Both the position numbers and the translations under genes were made by a program. Below are positions 51,315 through 61,537 of a stretch of 64,000 nucleotides of DNA, piece after piece. Source of the DNA: an uncultured delta proteobacterium. GTDB lineage: Bacteria > Desulfobacterota > Desulfobacteria > Desulfobacterales > SG8-13. Every line of letters begins with the position of its first letter. Position 1 is the stretch's first letter. Below the pieces are notes generated by a model. That model saw nothing but the letters and a program-made list of their open reading frames with translations. It searched no databases and had not been told where the DNA came from. The stretch spans positions 820,938 to 884,937 of the forward strand of contig CAWKCK010000018.1 of NCBI GenBank assembly GCA_963848135.1, given 5' to 3'.

Positions 51315-52157
51315 ATGGATCGGTGGGTGCACGTCAACAATATTCAAGTACACTGTTTGGATCACATAGGCGAAAACGGTCCACTCGTGCTCATGCCGGG
51401 CTTGACAGCCAATGCTCATTCATTTGATGGTCTCATCGCGGCGGGATTGAGCCCAGCGCTGCGGGTATTGTCCCTTGATCTGCGCGGACGTGGTTTGAGT
51501 GACAAACCCAAAAGTGGTTACAGCATGGCCGACCATGCCGCCGACGTACTTGGCTTGCTGGATGCAATGAATTTTAGGCGCGTCGTTTTGGGAGGACATT
51601 CATTTGGGGGGTTACTGTCCCTCTATATGGCGGCGCACTATCCTGACCGGGTCAGAAAATTAGTGGTCATGGATGCTGCCGGGTCAATGCACCCTCAAGT
51701 GCGTGAGTTAATCAAACCCTCCGTTGACCGCTTGGGCAAGGTACTGCCATCGTGGGGGGCATACATCGCTGCCATGAAACAGATGCCCTTCTACCAGGGC
51801 TGGTGGGATCCAACCATCGAAAGTTATTATCACGCAGACGTAGAAATCCGCGCCGATGGCACAGTTAAACCACGCTCTCGCCCCGAGGCGATAATTGAAG
51901 CGGTGGATAAAGTTTTGGCTGAGGATTGGACCAAACATCTTGCTGCGGTCAAAGCGCCCATGATGTTGCTCAATGCATTGGGACCGTTTGGTCCAACGGG
52001 AGTTCCGCCGGTCTTGCCTCGTGAACAAGCGCTTGAGACGGTCAAGGCGGTGGCAGAAGGGTACTACGTTGAAGTCCCCGGCAATCATATGACCATGCTG
52101 TTCGGTGAAGGGGCGCAGCGGATAGTTGCGAAAATTATAGATTTCGTAAATTCATAG
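51315..52157 (+). CDS. Alpha/beta hydrolase
   Basis: RBS GAGGAG; DLRGRGLS, GHSFGG, GNHMTM. Confidence 0.88.
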   Translation: MDRWVHVNNIQVHCLDHIGENGPLVLMPGLTANAHSFDGLIAAGLSPALRVLSLDLRGRGLSDKPKSGYSMADHAADVLGLLDAMNFRRVVLGGHSFGGLLSLYMAAHYPDRVRKLVVMDAAGSMHPQVRELIKPSVDRLGKVLPSWGAYIAAMKQMPFYQGWWDPTIESYYHADVEIRADGTVKPRSRPEAIIEAVDKVLAEDWTKHLAAVKAPMMLLNALGPFGPTGVPPVLPREQALETVKAVAEGYYVEVPGNHMTMLFGEGAQRIVAKIIDFVNS

Positions 52158-52190
52158 TCGATCTCTTTCAGCAAACACAAAAGGAAAAAT

Positions 52191-52931
52191 ATGTCCGATG
52201 AAAAAATAGAAAAATTGGCCGTACTAATCGATGCTGACAATGCGCAGCCTTCCATTGTTGATGGACTATTATCGGAAATTGCAAAATATGGAACGGCCAA
52301 TGTGAAAAGGATTTACGGTGACTGGACATTGCCGGGCCTTAAAGGGTGGAAGGAATCTCTATTACAGTTTTCAATTCAACCTATACAGCAATTTGGGTAT
52401 ACTTCTGGTAAAAATGCAACCGACAGCGCATTGATAATTGATGCAATGGATTTACTTTACACCGGTAAATTTGACGGTTTTTGCATCGTATCAAGCGATA
52501 GTGATTTCACTAAGTTGGCATCGAGGATAAGAGAAGCCGGTCTTTTTGTTTATGGATTTGGGGAAAGAAAAACCCCGAAGGCATTCGTTTCCGCGTGCGA
52601 TAAATTCATATTCACTGAAGTGCTGCGATCAAAAGATGAACATAATGAAAAAATGAGTCGCAAGTCAATCAGCGAACTAAAAAAAGACACGAAACTCGTT
52701 AATTTACTAAGAAACGCTGTCGAAGCATCTTCAGACGATTCCGGTTGGGCCCATCTTGCATCCGTGGGTAGTAATATCGCCAAGCAAGCGCCGGAGTTTG
52801 ACCCTCGAAACTATGGTTATAAAAAGCTCGGAGAACTGGCGTCAGCAACAAAGCTATTTAAAATCGACGAAAGAGTTGTTGGCGATGGACCCTCAAAAGC
52901 AATTTATTTAATGGATAATAGAAAGAAATAG
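52191..52931 (+). CDS. NYN (LabA/DUF88) domain protein with OST-HTH/LOTUS domain
   Basis: LIDADN, GKNATD, SSDSDF, FDPRNYGYKKL. Confidence 0.9.
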   Translation: MSDEKIEKLAVLIDADNAQPSIVDGLLSEIAKYGTANVKRIYGDWTLPGLKGWKESLLQFSIQPIQQFGYTSGKNATDSALIIDAMDLLYTGKFDGFCIVSSDSDFTKLASRIREAGLFVYGFGERKTPKAFVSACDKFIFTEVLRSKDEHNEKMSRKSISELKKDTKLVNLLRNAVEASSDDSGWAHLASVGSNIAKQAPEFDPRNYGYKKLGELASATKLFKIDERVVGDGPSKAIYLMDNRKK

Positions 52932-52946
52932 AAAGAAATAGAAAGA
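52917..52946. repeat. 3 x 10-bp tandem repeat (AATAGAAAGA) across the NYN stop codon
   Basis: Three exact copies read directly from the sequence. Confidence 0.9.
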
Positions 52947-52994
52947 ATAACTTCTATCAATTCTATTAAATTAGTTAAAGAAAATTAGGTCACG

Positions 52995-53384
52995 ATGAAT
53001 AACGCATTAAAAGGCGCACTTTTATCAGGTTTAGGATTTCCAGGTTTGGGACAGATTGTATTAAAGCATTATAGACGCGGTTTTGCACTGATGATTGTGG
53101 TTTTAGGAAGTGTATTGGCAATCGCCGTGGAAGCCATACAAAAAGCCTTTACCATCGTGGAAAAGATTACTTCGGGTGGTGCGGTTGATATGAGTAAAAT
53201 CACGGAAGCGGCCACCCAGCCATCCACCTCTGCTGAAAGCGTTACTGCCAAACTGGCCTTTTTCGTCATAATTGTCTGCTGGAACATAGGCATTATCGAC
53301 GCCTATAGAATCGGTAAGAAAATAGACAACCAACAACGTTTGGCGGGTCAAGCACCAGAGGTAAATGGAAAGAAATTGAGATGA
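52995..53384 (+). CDS. Hypothetical membrane protein
   Basis: LLSGLGFPGLGQ and IIDAYRIG motifs; TM helices. Confidence 0.75.
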   Translation: MNNALKGALLSGLGFPGLGQIVLKHYRRGFALMIVVLGSVLAIAVEAIQKAFTIVEKITSGGAVDMSKITEAATQPSTSAESVTAKLAFFVIIVCWNIGIIDAYRIGKKIDNQQRLAGQAPEVNGKKLR

Positions 53385-53812
53385 CCCGGATAAAAATACC
53401 CAGGAACATTAGTGAATGGAACGACTTTGGAAGAGATTATTTGCCCGGTCACATGGGTCTCGAGATTCTATCCGTTAAAGCGGATGAACTTCTGGCACGT
53501 ATGAATGTTCGGCAGAAAGTATGTGCACCGAACGGCTTCTTGCATGCAGCTTCCGTCGTTGCACTCGCTGATACCGCCTGTGGATATGCAACCATCAACA
53601 ACCTTCCGATAGGTGCATACGGATTCACGACAATCGAACTAAAGACCAACTTTATTGGAACAACGCTTGAAGGTGATGTGATTTGCGTTGCCAAACTGGT
53701 ACACAAAGGCCGGACAACACAAGTATGGGATGCCGAAGTAACTGTGGATGAAACCGACAGGAAGATCGCTTTTTTCCGTTGTACGCAGATGATACTTTGG
53801 CCCAAAGATTAG
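53381..53812 (+). CDS. PaaI-family thioesterase
   Basis: NGFLHAASVVALADTACG, TIELKTNF, GRTTQVW. Confidence 0.9.
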   Translation: MTRIKIPRNISEWNDFGRDYLPGHMGLEILSVKADELLARMNVRQKVCAPNGFLHAASVVALADTACGYATINNLPIGAYGFTTIELKTNFIGTTLEGDVICVAKLVHKGRTTQVWDAEVTVDETDRKIAFFRCTQMILWPKD

Positions 53813-54298
53813 GTAGGGATCTTCCGCGAAAAATAAATAGTGCCATTGAGCGTCCATCCATAAATGGTCTTTTCCCCGTTAGTCGGCGTGCTCCTCAGGT
53901 TTCCGGCTGAAGCTTCGTTTCACCATGTCACGGTTAAAATTATGATTGTCAGGTAATATCGCTGACGCCTATCTGAAAATAAGAGATAATTTCTGATAAT
54001 TGAAATCCTGTCAAAATCTGTTTAGCGAGGCACCACTCTGTGGCATTGACATACGTGTTCTTTATAGATTACGTGTGTTTCGAGGGAATTAATTTGCTTA
54101 CTGATTTCGACGCTACCCATTGACCGACACACTCGTATACACGCTGATAAGCTTCCCAAGCCTCTTTCTCCTTTTCCCCGCACCGTACCTATTTCCTCAT
54201 TTCAATATCTCGATGAATTACCGCCTCATGAAGTGACTTCATCTTAACCTCGGTAATTGTTGAATATCGAACCTTATATGTAAGTTTGAGGAGGCATT

Positions 54299-55438
54299 AT
54301 GACGAAGGAAGATGGGTTGAATTTTTTTGACCAATATCCAATCTCTCAAGAATTGCCGGGCCTGATTACTGAAACAGATCCAAATGTCCAAGCTGCCAAT
54401 ATTGAAAACCTGCTGGAAAAATATTTTGCTATAAATGGATTTGCAATTTCAGTAATCACTGATGATTCGGTGGTAAGACATACAAAAAAGAATGTAATTC
54501 AAGAGAATTTGCTAAACAGATTAGACGAAATGCTTTTCAACGCACAGGATGAGGCAAAATTTAAAAGTAATAATGTGATTCCCTTCAAATTCAACGCTGG
54601 AGAAATTTTGACTATTGCGGCTGAAGAATATTCTTCAGCAGATATCCAGAATGCGAACGGTTTAGCCTTTTATCTGAATGGAAATAACCTTAAAGGGGGA
54701 CTGTACCTGATTACTGATAACCAAACTATAAAAATGTTTACCTCGGATATAGGGAAAACACAAAAGCTTATGGCACTTATATCTAGCCTGCTTACAAACG
54801 CATATTTGCATCTGCGCAGTTCCGAAAAAATGCGGTTTTTTAGTTTGTATGAAACGGTTAGTTCGGCTTTGGGATATGTTGGAGATTTGCAGGAACTACT
54901 AACGACAATTATTAGCATTGTGATGTCAGAATTGCCATCCGAAGAGGGCTCCGTTTTGCTACTTGATGACAAAACCAATGAGTTGGAATTCTTTAGTGCT
55001 ATTGGAGAAACCGGATTTGGTTTAACACAACTGCGCTTTCCCGCTGATAAAGGCATTGCAGGGCAGGCATTAAAAAACCGTGAAGCTATCGTCGTTAATG
55101 ATGTCGAGACTTGCCCCTATTTTTTTAAAAACATTGACGAAGATAGTGGTTTCACGACCAAGTCTATCCTCGCCGTACCTCTTATTTCCGGTGAGGAATG
55201 TATTGGTGTTATTGAAGCTATAAATAAAATTGGCAGTGATAGTTTCGATGATCAGGATAAGCGAATGCTGATGGCGATTGCCGATGAAGTGGCTTTGGCG
55301 ATAAAAAACGCCAGACTTTTCGACTATGTAGTGGATAGCTATTGTAATATTAGGCAGGGAAAAATGAGTTGCAAAGGATGCGTCCGCCCCTTGAAGTCTT
55401 GGACACCTTGTGCAAGGCAACTTGATAAAGTCCTATAA
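54299..55438 (+). CDS. GAF-domain protein with Cys-rich C-terminus
   Basis: RBS GAGGAGG; GIAG...DEDSGFTTKSILAVPL...IGVIEAINK GAF pattern; no output domain. Confidence 0.8.
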   Translation: MTKEDGLNFFDQYPISQELPGLITETDPNVQAANIENLLEKYFAINGFAISVITDDSVVRHTKKNVIQENLLNRLDEMLFNAQDEAKFKSNNVIPFKFNAGEILTIAAEEYSSADIQNANGLAFYLNGNNLKGGLYLITDNQTIKMFTSDIGKTQKLMALISSLLTNAYLHLRSSEKMRFFSLYETVSSALGYVGDLQELLTTIISIVMSELPSEEGSVLLLDDKTNELEFFSAIGETGFGLTQLRFPADKGIAGQALKNREAIVVNDVETCPYFFKNIDEDSGFTTKSILAVPLISGEECIGVIEAINKIGSDSFDDQDKRMLMAIADEVALAIKNARLFDYVVDSYCNIRQGKMSCKGCVRPLKSWTPCARQLDKVL

Positions 55439-55690
55439 ATCAGAATCAATTCTCCCCATTCATTTTTATAAAGGAAGCGTTTAGTATGTGGGCCTATAGA
55501 GGACCCATCCATCGAAGCTATAGGTCAGGCTTTAAGGGCTAACAATAATTTTTCCCAACATATTCTTATTATAATTTAGGAGATGATTTTGACACAAAAT
55601 TAATTGATACTGATATGCTCCCATCAAATACTGCGAACGATCCGTGAATGCAACAGGGGTTCGATTCAGCTACCAATGGCTGTCGGGTGC

Positions 55691-57037
55691 TTACCGGTGT
55701 GTCCATGTGGCCTGGATCTCTTCCAAGCTTTTCCCTTTCGTCTCGGGCACAAAGAGGTATGCAAAGAGCCAGGCGCCGAAGCTGAGCAGGCCGTACAACC
55801 AGAACGTCCCAGCTCGCCCCAGGGTTTGAATTAGGGTCAGAAACGTGAGTGTGGAGAGCAGATATCCGGCCCACAGGGCCACGGTTGCTATGCTCATCGC
55901 CGTACCGCGGATTCTCAACGGGTAGATTTCTGAGATCAGCAAAAAAGTGGCCGCTCCTGGACCGATCATCCAGGAGCCGACAAGAAGCATCAGGCTTCCC
56001 ACAGCGACCCCGCCCAGGAAACGACTATGCGGGACATGAAAGGCTAAGCCCAACACACCCAGGCTGAGCACCATACCGGCAAATCCGATAAGCAGCAATG
56101 GTCGTCGTCCAAACCGGTCTAACGACTGCATGGCCACGATGGTCGTCAGCACCATTGTGACACCCACCCCGATCGAGGCCATAATGTCGACTGCCGCCGA
56201 TTCGAATCCCGCCAATTCAAAAATAGTGGGAGCATAGAAGAATCCAAGATTGATACCAGTCACGCGCTGACAGATTCCCAGACCAACGCCCACGATCAAT
56301 GCCGGCCTGACGACTGGGCTCATCAACTCTGCCCAGCCCCCTTTGTGTTGAGTGAGGCCTGTTTGAATGCCTTGGATCTCACCTTCCACGGTGGCTGTCC
56401 CGCGGATGCGTTGTAATACGGCGCGCGCTCTATCCACCAAACCATGACTTGCCAGCCAGCGTGGGGTCTCCGGCAAAAACGTCATCCCGATGCCGAGTAA
56501 CACGGCGGGAATCACACCTAAGCCAAACATCCAACGCCATGCATGGGCAGCGGAGAAGACATAGTTCACAATGAAAGCGATGAGAGCTCCACAACTGCTC
56601 CCAACTATGAAGAAAGAAACCAGTCGACCGCGGGCGTTATCAGGAGATATCTCAGAGATATAGAGGGGTGCAGCCATCGAAACCATACCAACGGAAACTC
56701 CGACGATAACCCGCCCGACGATTATCCAGGTGACCGTTGATGCCAAGGCTGTGCTGAGTGCGCCTATTACAAAGATAACGGCTACCAGTATGAGGATTAT
56801 CCGCCGACCAAAGCGGTCGGCCAAAAGTCCGCCACCGGCCGCGCCCACCAGGGCACCAAACACGACGGCACTGACGACCACTTCTTCCACGTTTGGCGAG
56901 AGGGCAAACTGTTGTTTGATGAAGAGGATCGCACCCGAGATGACGACGACATCGTACCCGAAGATCAAACCGCCGATGGCAGCGATTCCAGCGGCCACAT
57001 ATACAAAGCGAGGGATCTCATGGTGCGGATTGGTCAT
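55691..57037 (-). CDS. Sugar porter family MFS transporter
   Basis: GGLIFGYD, DRFGRR (twice), YISEISP..RG, PETPRWL, SEIYP, PETKGKSLEEI. Confidence 0.92.
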   Translation of the reverse strand: MTNPHHEIPRFVYVAAGIAAIGGLIFGYDVVVISGAILFIKQQFALSPNVEEVVVSAVVFGALVGAAGGGLLADRFGRRIILILVAVIFVIGALSTALASTVTWIIVGRVIVGVSVGMVSMAAPLYISEISPDNARGRLVSFFIVGSSCGALIAFIVNYVFSAAHAWRWMFGLGVIPAVLLGIGMTFLPETPRWLASHGLVDRARAVLQRIRGTATVEGEIQGIQTGLTQHKGGWAELMSPVVRPALIVGVGLGICQRVTGINLGFFYAPTIFELAGFESAAVDIMASIGVGVTMVLTTIVAMQSLDRFGRRPLLLIGFAGMVLSLGVLGLAFHVPHSRFLGGVAVGSLMLLVGSWMIGPGAATFLLISEIYPLRIRGTAMSIATVALWAGYLLSTLTFLTLIQTLGRAGTFWLYGLLSFGAWLFAYLFVPETKGKSLEEIQATWTHR

Positions 57038-57880
57038 CGGTTTCAGCTCAATGCCCTGAAATACGCATCCGACCTGGACTGGCCGCCGGCCAGCACCAAG
57101 TTTTGGTGTTTGCGCAACAGCGCCGCCCGCTGCGTGAGCCAGAAGCATAACTCGCGCTCATAGAGCGTTCTCTAATCTTCGGCGAAGGCTCCGGCGCACG
57201 CCACGCAAAAGATAAGAAGTTACTTTTTCAATGGGGATGAATCGGCAATGGTAAATTGTGTATCTGTTTCAGCTGTAGCTCAATAGTTTGCTGCATCAGT
57301 TTAAAGGGGTATTTAACCACCCCGATAGCGAAAGTTGGCTTTATTGTCAATATTCATTTTTAGGGTCGGGGTCGAAGTTTTAGGTCATTTCGAGCATAAC
57401 TCACTTTTTTACCCGAAATTCATGTTTCGCAATGTTGAATTATCCAATTATCGTAAACAAAATTTGTGTTTCAAAACTGCAGATTCCTCAAACTGACACA
57501 TATTTTATTTAAATCGTAAGAAATGCATACATATAGTACGTTTGACACAAATTTTTGTGAAGTGAATATTTTTCTTATTCGTCATTACAAAACGCTTCTT
57601 TCCACATAACCTATCGGTTAGCAGAATTTTGGTGATCGCCAATGCATACGTGTTTCTATGATGTAAATTCTGATAATTGGTCTATCGGCAAGCAAGTTTG
57701 TGTATTGACCGGCCCCACAGATTAAATATATCTCAATGTATCGTTATCGCGACACCGTTCTCATAGTTGTGGATAAAATTACAACCCAAGTTGAGCGTTT
57801 TATATTTTCGAAGTATGAAAATAAACTATAAAAATAAGGCATTCTGCCCATGGGAATTTCGAAAATATAAAACCATACGG

Positions 57881-57980
57881 GATTTCCAATTTCACCGCAT
57901 CTACGGCGTCAAATGACGTCCCGCATATTACACTATAGCGGAACGACATTTTCCTTGTACCTGCGGCAAACTTGAAAATC
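57881..57980. repeat. 100-bp imperfect palindrome (intergenic repeat / MITE-like remnant)
   Basis: Nested arms GATTTCCAA/TTGAAAATC, CCGCA/TGCGG and AAATGACGTCCCGC/GCGGAACGACATTT. Confidence 0.6.
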
Positions 57981-58134
57981 GCTCAATTTGGGTACAAATA
58001 TGATGATATCCAGAAATTCATAATTCCATGTGGACTGCGCTATGCATATTTTCTGGTAGCTCCAGTTGCAATATCATTGAGGTTTTTGGACTCATATTAT
58101 AGGAATATCAAAATCATAATAAGGTGGAAGTTAA

Positions 58135-58305
58135 ATGCCGACTAAAATTTGCCCTCATTGTGGCAAACAAACAGGCTTTGAGGTGAAGTTTAATATCGTT
58201 TGCCGAATTGGTGATGAAGAAGAAAAAGGTTATCTGCGTATTTGCCAGGAATGTGGAGGACGATTTATAACTATACAAAAAGATGAACGAATAAAGAAGG
58301 ATTGA
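58135..58305 (+). CDS. Small zinc-ribbon protein (56 aa, below the ORF-track cutoff)
   Basis: MPTKICPHCGKQTGFEVKFNIVCRIGDEEEKGYLRICQECGGRFITIQKDERIKKD; purine-rich RBS AAGGTGG. Confidence 0.6.
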   Translation: MPTKICPHCGKQTGFEVKFNIVCRIGDEEEKGYLRICQECGGRFITIQKDERIKKD

Positions 58306-58955
58306 ATATATGGGCACCAGCCCGCATTTAGGATAGAGCGTTGGGGCCAAGGAATTGAAACCAATTTTCTCAACTGCAGGCAAAGATTTTCAAACCGAAG
58401 TCTTCGGTCATCATGGTTCAATCATATTTTTAAGTCAGAAAGCGTGGGCTTAAAATGAATATCATAATTATTTTGCTTTCTCCCTATACAATATATTGGA
58501 GTGTTGGGTTCTGTTGTAAAGCCTGCACTATCTCCAACATATCCCATTCAATACCGCATCGAAGCAATTGACATTCAATGCTCGCCCTGTATTGGTGAAT
58601 TTGATCAATATAACCAAACCGTATCATCCTCTTGCCAGAAATTTGCGGTCGTTACTGTATTGGCAGGCTCTAAAAACTCTCCAGCGCTAATGATACAAAT
58701 TCCCAGCTTTCCGTTTATATACCTTTGCTAAAATCTACACGTTAACCAAATCATTGTTCTTCACTTATATTTTCATTTAGCTCCTTCAAGCCCCTACTCA
58801 TGTAATACATAATTCATAAATGTAGAAATTATGAAGAATTATTATGTAATTTATTACTTAACCACCTTTGTTATTAATCGTTATTTTTACATTAAATCTT
58901 TGCCGATCAAGCATAAATTATTATTAACATTCTAAATTTTTGTTAAATAATATTT

Positions 58956-58971
58956 TGGCGCGTTTTTTGCT
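58956..58971 (+). promoter_or_regulatory. Sigma54 (-24/-12) promoter
   Basis: TGGCGCG-TTTT-TTGCT matches TGGCACG-N4-TTGCW with correct GG-N10-GC spacing, about 200 nt upstream of the PEP-CTERM-type gene. Confidence 0.65.
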
Positions 58972-59166
58972 TTTGCGTAGAGCAGTTTTACGAAGCTCTC
59001 CTACAAAATTCAAAAATTGTCTAATGGAAAATTTTTTAATTCAATCAAAAATGGCAAGGTCATTGTTTCAAATACTCTTACGTATTCAAAATCATAACTA
59101 TTTTAATGGCTGTTTTCATGATCAGAAACTGAACAATAACTAAGGCGGAGATAAGGAGAAAATAGT

Positions 59167-60036
59167 ATGAAAAATTTATTTATTCTAATTATATCCATCG
59201 CCATTGCCATTGGTTCACTTTCTAACGTCTCTGCTGCAACGTACGAGTTCTATCATGTTGCGGTTCGGGACTACGATGGTGATGCTGTATTTAACAATGG
59301 TGATGTTGTTCGGTATGGCTTCACATACAACAAGGCCGACCCCACAGACACATACCCAGACACTTCAGGATGGTATGCGAGAGCATATGATTCAGGAGGA
59401 ACTCAAATACAACAAGTAAATGTTGGTGGTGGAAGTCACTATCAAGAAGCTTACGGTACGGGCGAAACAGCAGGCACGTGGTCAGAAGTAAACTATTGGA
59501 AAGCAAACTTCGGTGTCAACGGTATTACAAGTGTAAAACTCTTCGATAGTTCTCATGGGCTGCTTGAGAGTCATAAAGTCAATCTTCCTGACAATACACA
59601 ACCTCTGTCCTCCTATAACGGGTTCAATCCATTAAGTTTGAGCTGGGAAAAACAGGCTTATGGTGTAATGTTATCTTGGGATGGTATCACTCCAACAGAC
59701 GGTTCTTCTTATCGTCTTGAACTCTCTACTCCGAGTTGGTCACATAGCATCTTCCAATATCTTAACGGAACAGAGGATTCTCTGTATATTCCAAATTCAC
59801 TATTTGAGCCTGTAGGTAATATTTGGAATTTTGGTTTTCAAGAACGTTTCAAGAATCCCCTCTATGCAACCGATGGGACTTCTGATAACTTTAACTGGCT
59901 TCGAACCTACTCAGGCAACTTTCAAATTGATTTATCAACTTCCGGGTCTATGATTCCAACGCCGATCCCTGGTTCGATTCTACTTCTCGGCAGTGGCATT
60001 ATCGGATTGCTCAGTTTCAATCGTCGAAAGAAATGA
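59167..60036 (+). CDS. Secreted protein with PEP-CTERM/VPLPA-type exosortase sorting signal
   Basis: RBS AAGGAG, signal peptide, C-terminal PTPIPGSILLLGSGIIGLLSFNRRKK. Confidence 0.85.
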   Translation: MKNLFILIISIAIAIGSLSNVSAATYEFYHVAVRDYDGDAVFNNGDVVRYGFTYNKADPTDTYPDTSGWYARAYDSGGTQIQQVNVGGGSHYQEAYGTGETAGTWSEVNYWKANFGVNGITSVKLFDSSHGLLESHKVNLPDNTQPLSSYNGFNPLSLSWEKQAYGVMLSWDGITPTDGSSYRLELSTPSWSHSIFQYLNGTEDSLYIPNSLFEPVGNIWNFGFQERFKNPLYATDGTSDNFNWLRTYSGNFQIDLSTSGSMIPTPIPGSILLLGSGIIGLLSFNRRKK

Positions 60037-60326
60037 TAATATGATTTAGGTCGTCAGTATTCAGGAAATACAAATAAAATTTTTGGTCCGAATATAGGTG
60101 CGGTCTGGCCTCTTGGTTCTGGAGTTATTGTGTCGTGGGATTCAGAAGGAAATTTTAGAATTAGACTCGATCAACCTCAAGTTTGAAAAAACAGAGTCAA
60201 CAATGGCTATACCTTTCTATTTAATATCCTCACGATTATTACTGCCGATGCACAATGTCAGCGTATCTGCTATGGGCTTTGAGCTATCACCAAGCCGATT
60301 TGCTTGAGATAGTCAATCGGTATCTA

Positions 60327-60371
60327 ACGAAAAGAGGGGTGAAGTTGATAAATGGATTCACCCCTTTCGTT
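60327..60371. terminator. Hairpin directly downstream of the recombinase pseudogene
   Basis: AGGGGTGAA...TTCACCCCT stem with outer AACGAA/TTCGTT arms. Confidence 0.45.
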
Positions 60372-61089
60372 TTAGCAATATAGGTTTTCAATCCACCGCA
60401 TCGCTTCTGTGTCGCTGATTGTTCCGAGATACCGCTGGATGGTGGACAGATTCGCGTGTCTGAGGATGATTTTGCTCACTATTTCCATAGGAACACCAGA
60501 TCGTGAGGAATAGGCTTCCGAGTGACACCGCAGGCCATGCTCCCTTAGGTGAATTCCAACCATCTTTCCGTTTTTCTTGACGACCAACCTGGCGGCTGCA
60601 TTGTTAATCGGAAAAACAAGATCATTTGGGCTGTGACATACTTAAATTGCGTATTCACAGACTCTATCAGAGACTTTCTGCGGAATAAACACGATTTCAT
60701 GTTCCTTTACGCTCCTCGGCCCCGTGAGGATCAGCTTCCGATCCTGAATATCCTTGAACCTTAGTTTCAGCACCTCGCCAATCCGCATCCCACGTAAAGC
60801 CATCAGTTCGAGCATTAACCGATTTAGAGCCTGGGTGGTTCGGAAACGGGAAAAACTGAAAAAGGCTGACAGGTGGGAATAACGGACTCTTTTGGTGTAG
60901 AGCTTTTTGCCGTTGGTAAAGCTGTTCAGAAAGGAAAGGACATCATCCGGTGTAACCTGTTCAATCTCAGCATCACCGAACTCTCGGCAGAATCGGTCAA
61001 TAACTGACCAATAGGACCGAACGGTATTTTTTTTTCGAGTGGGCCTTGTGGTAATCGATCCATATTTTTGCGGCTTCGGCCACTTTCAT
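60372..61089 (-). pseudogene. Decayed tyrosine recombinase/integrase
   Basis: RBS GGAGGT; MKVAEAAKIWIDYHKAHSK, frameshift in an A9 tract (61027-61035), then ...LELMALRGMRIGEVLKL..., internal TAA (60644-60642), ...HGLRCH...LRHANLSTIQRYLG. Confidence 0.85.
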
Positions 61090-61219
61090 GGTTTACCTCC
61101 TCTGGTTATTGATGTTTGACAATCGGGGAAATCCCGCGGTAAACCAATGATACTTAGATCGTGTATTCAGTTTCAACGCTATTTTCAATAGTTACGAGAC
61201 TGGCGAGCAAGTTTGAGTA

Positions 61220-61247
61220 TTGACCCACCCCAGAAGTCCAGTATAGT
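61220..61247 (+). promoter_or_regulatory. Putative sigma70 promoter facing the cassettes
   Basis: TTGACC-16 nt-TATAGT. Confidence 0.4.
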
Positions 61248-61537
61248 CTCCATATATACCAGATTAACCCTTACTCTTTAAGCAACGAAATTCTATAACC
61301 ACATACCCGTGTCATCATTGCCGAATTGCTTGGATTTTCACTGAAAAATTGTGTTGGCTGGTCAGGTGTATTGATTTGAGTGGTCAGCGGATTAATTTAC
61401 CAGATTTTCCATTAATAATTCTATTATCAGGGCGAATTGACCTGATAATCAATGGTTAACTAATCAAACAGCAGGAAAAGGGAAAGAAACCAATAAAGAG
61501 AAAAACAATCACAGCGCTTATCTCGGTGGGGCTGGCG

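Noticed and set aside
52917..52946. CRISPR array
   Set aside because: Only a 10-bp tandem repeat without spacers; no cas genes in the window.
53813..53890. attC site after the PaaI gene (GTTAGTC present)
   Set aside because: No RYYYAAC box or internal palindrome.
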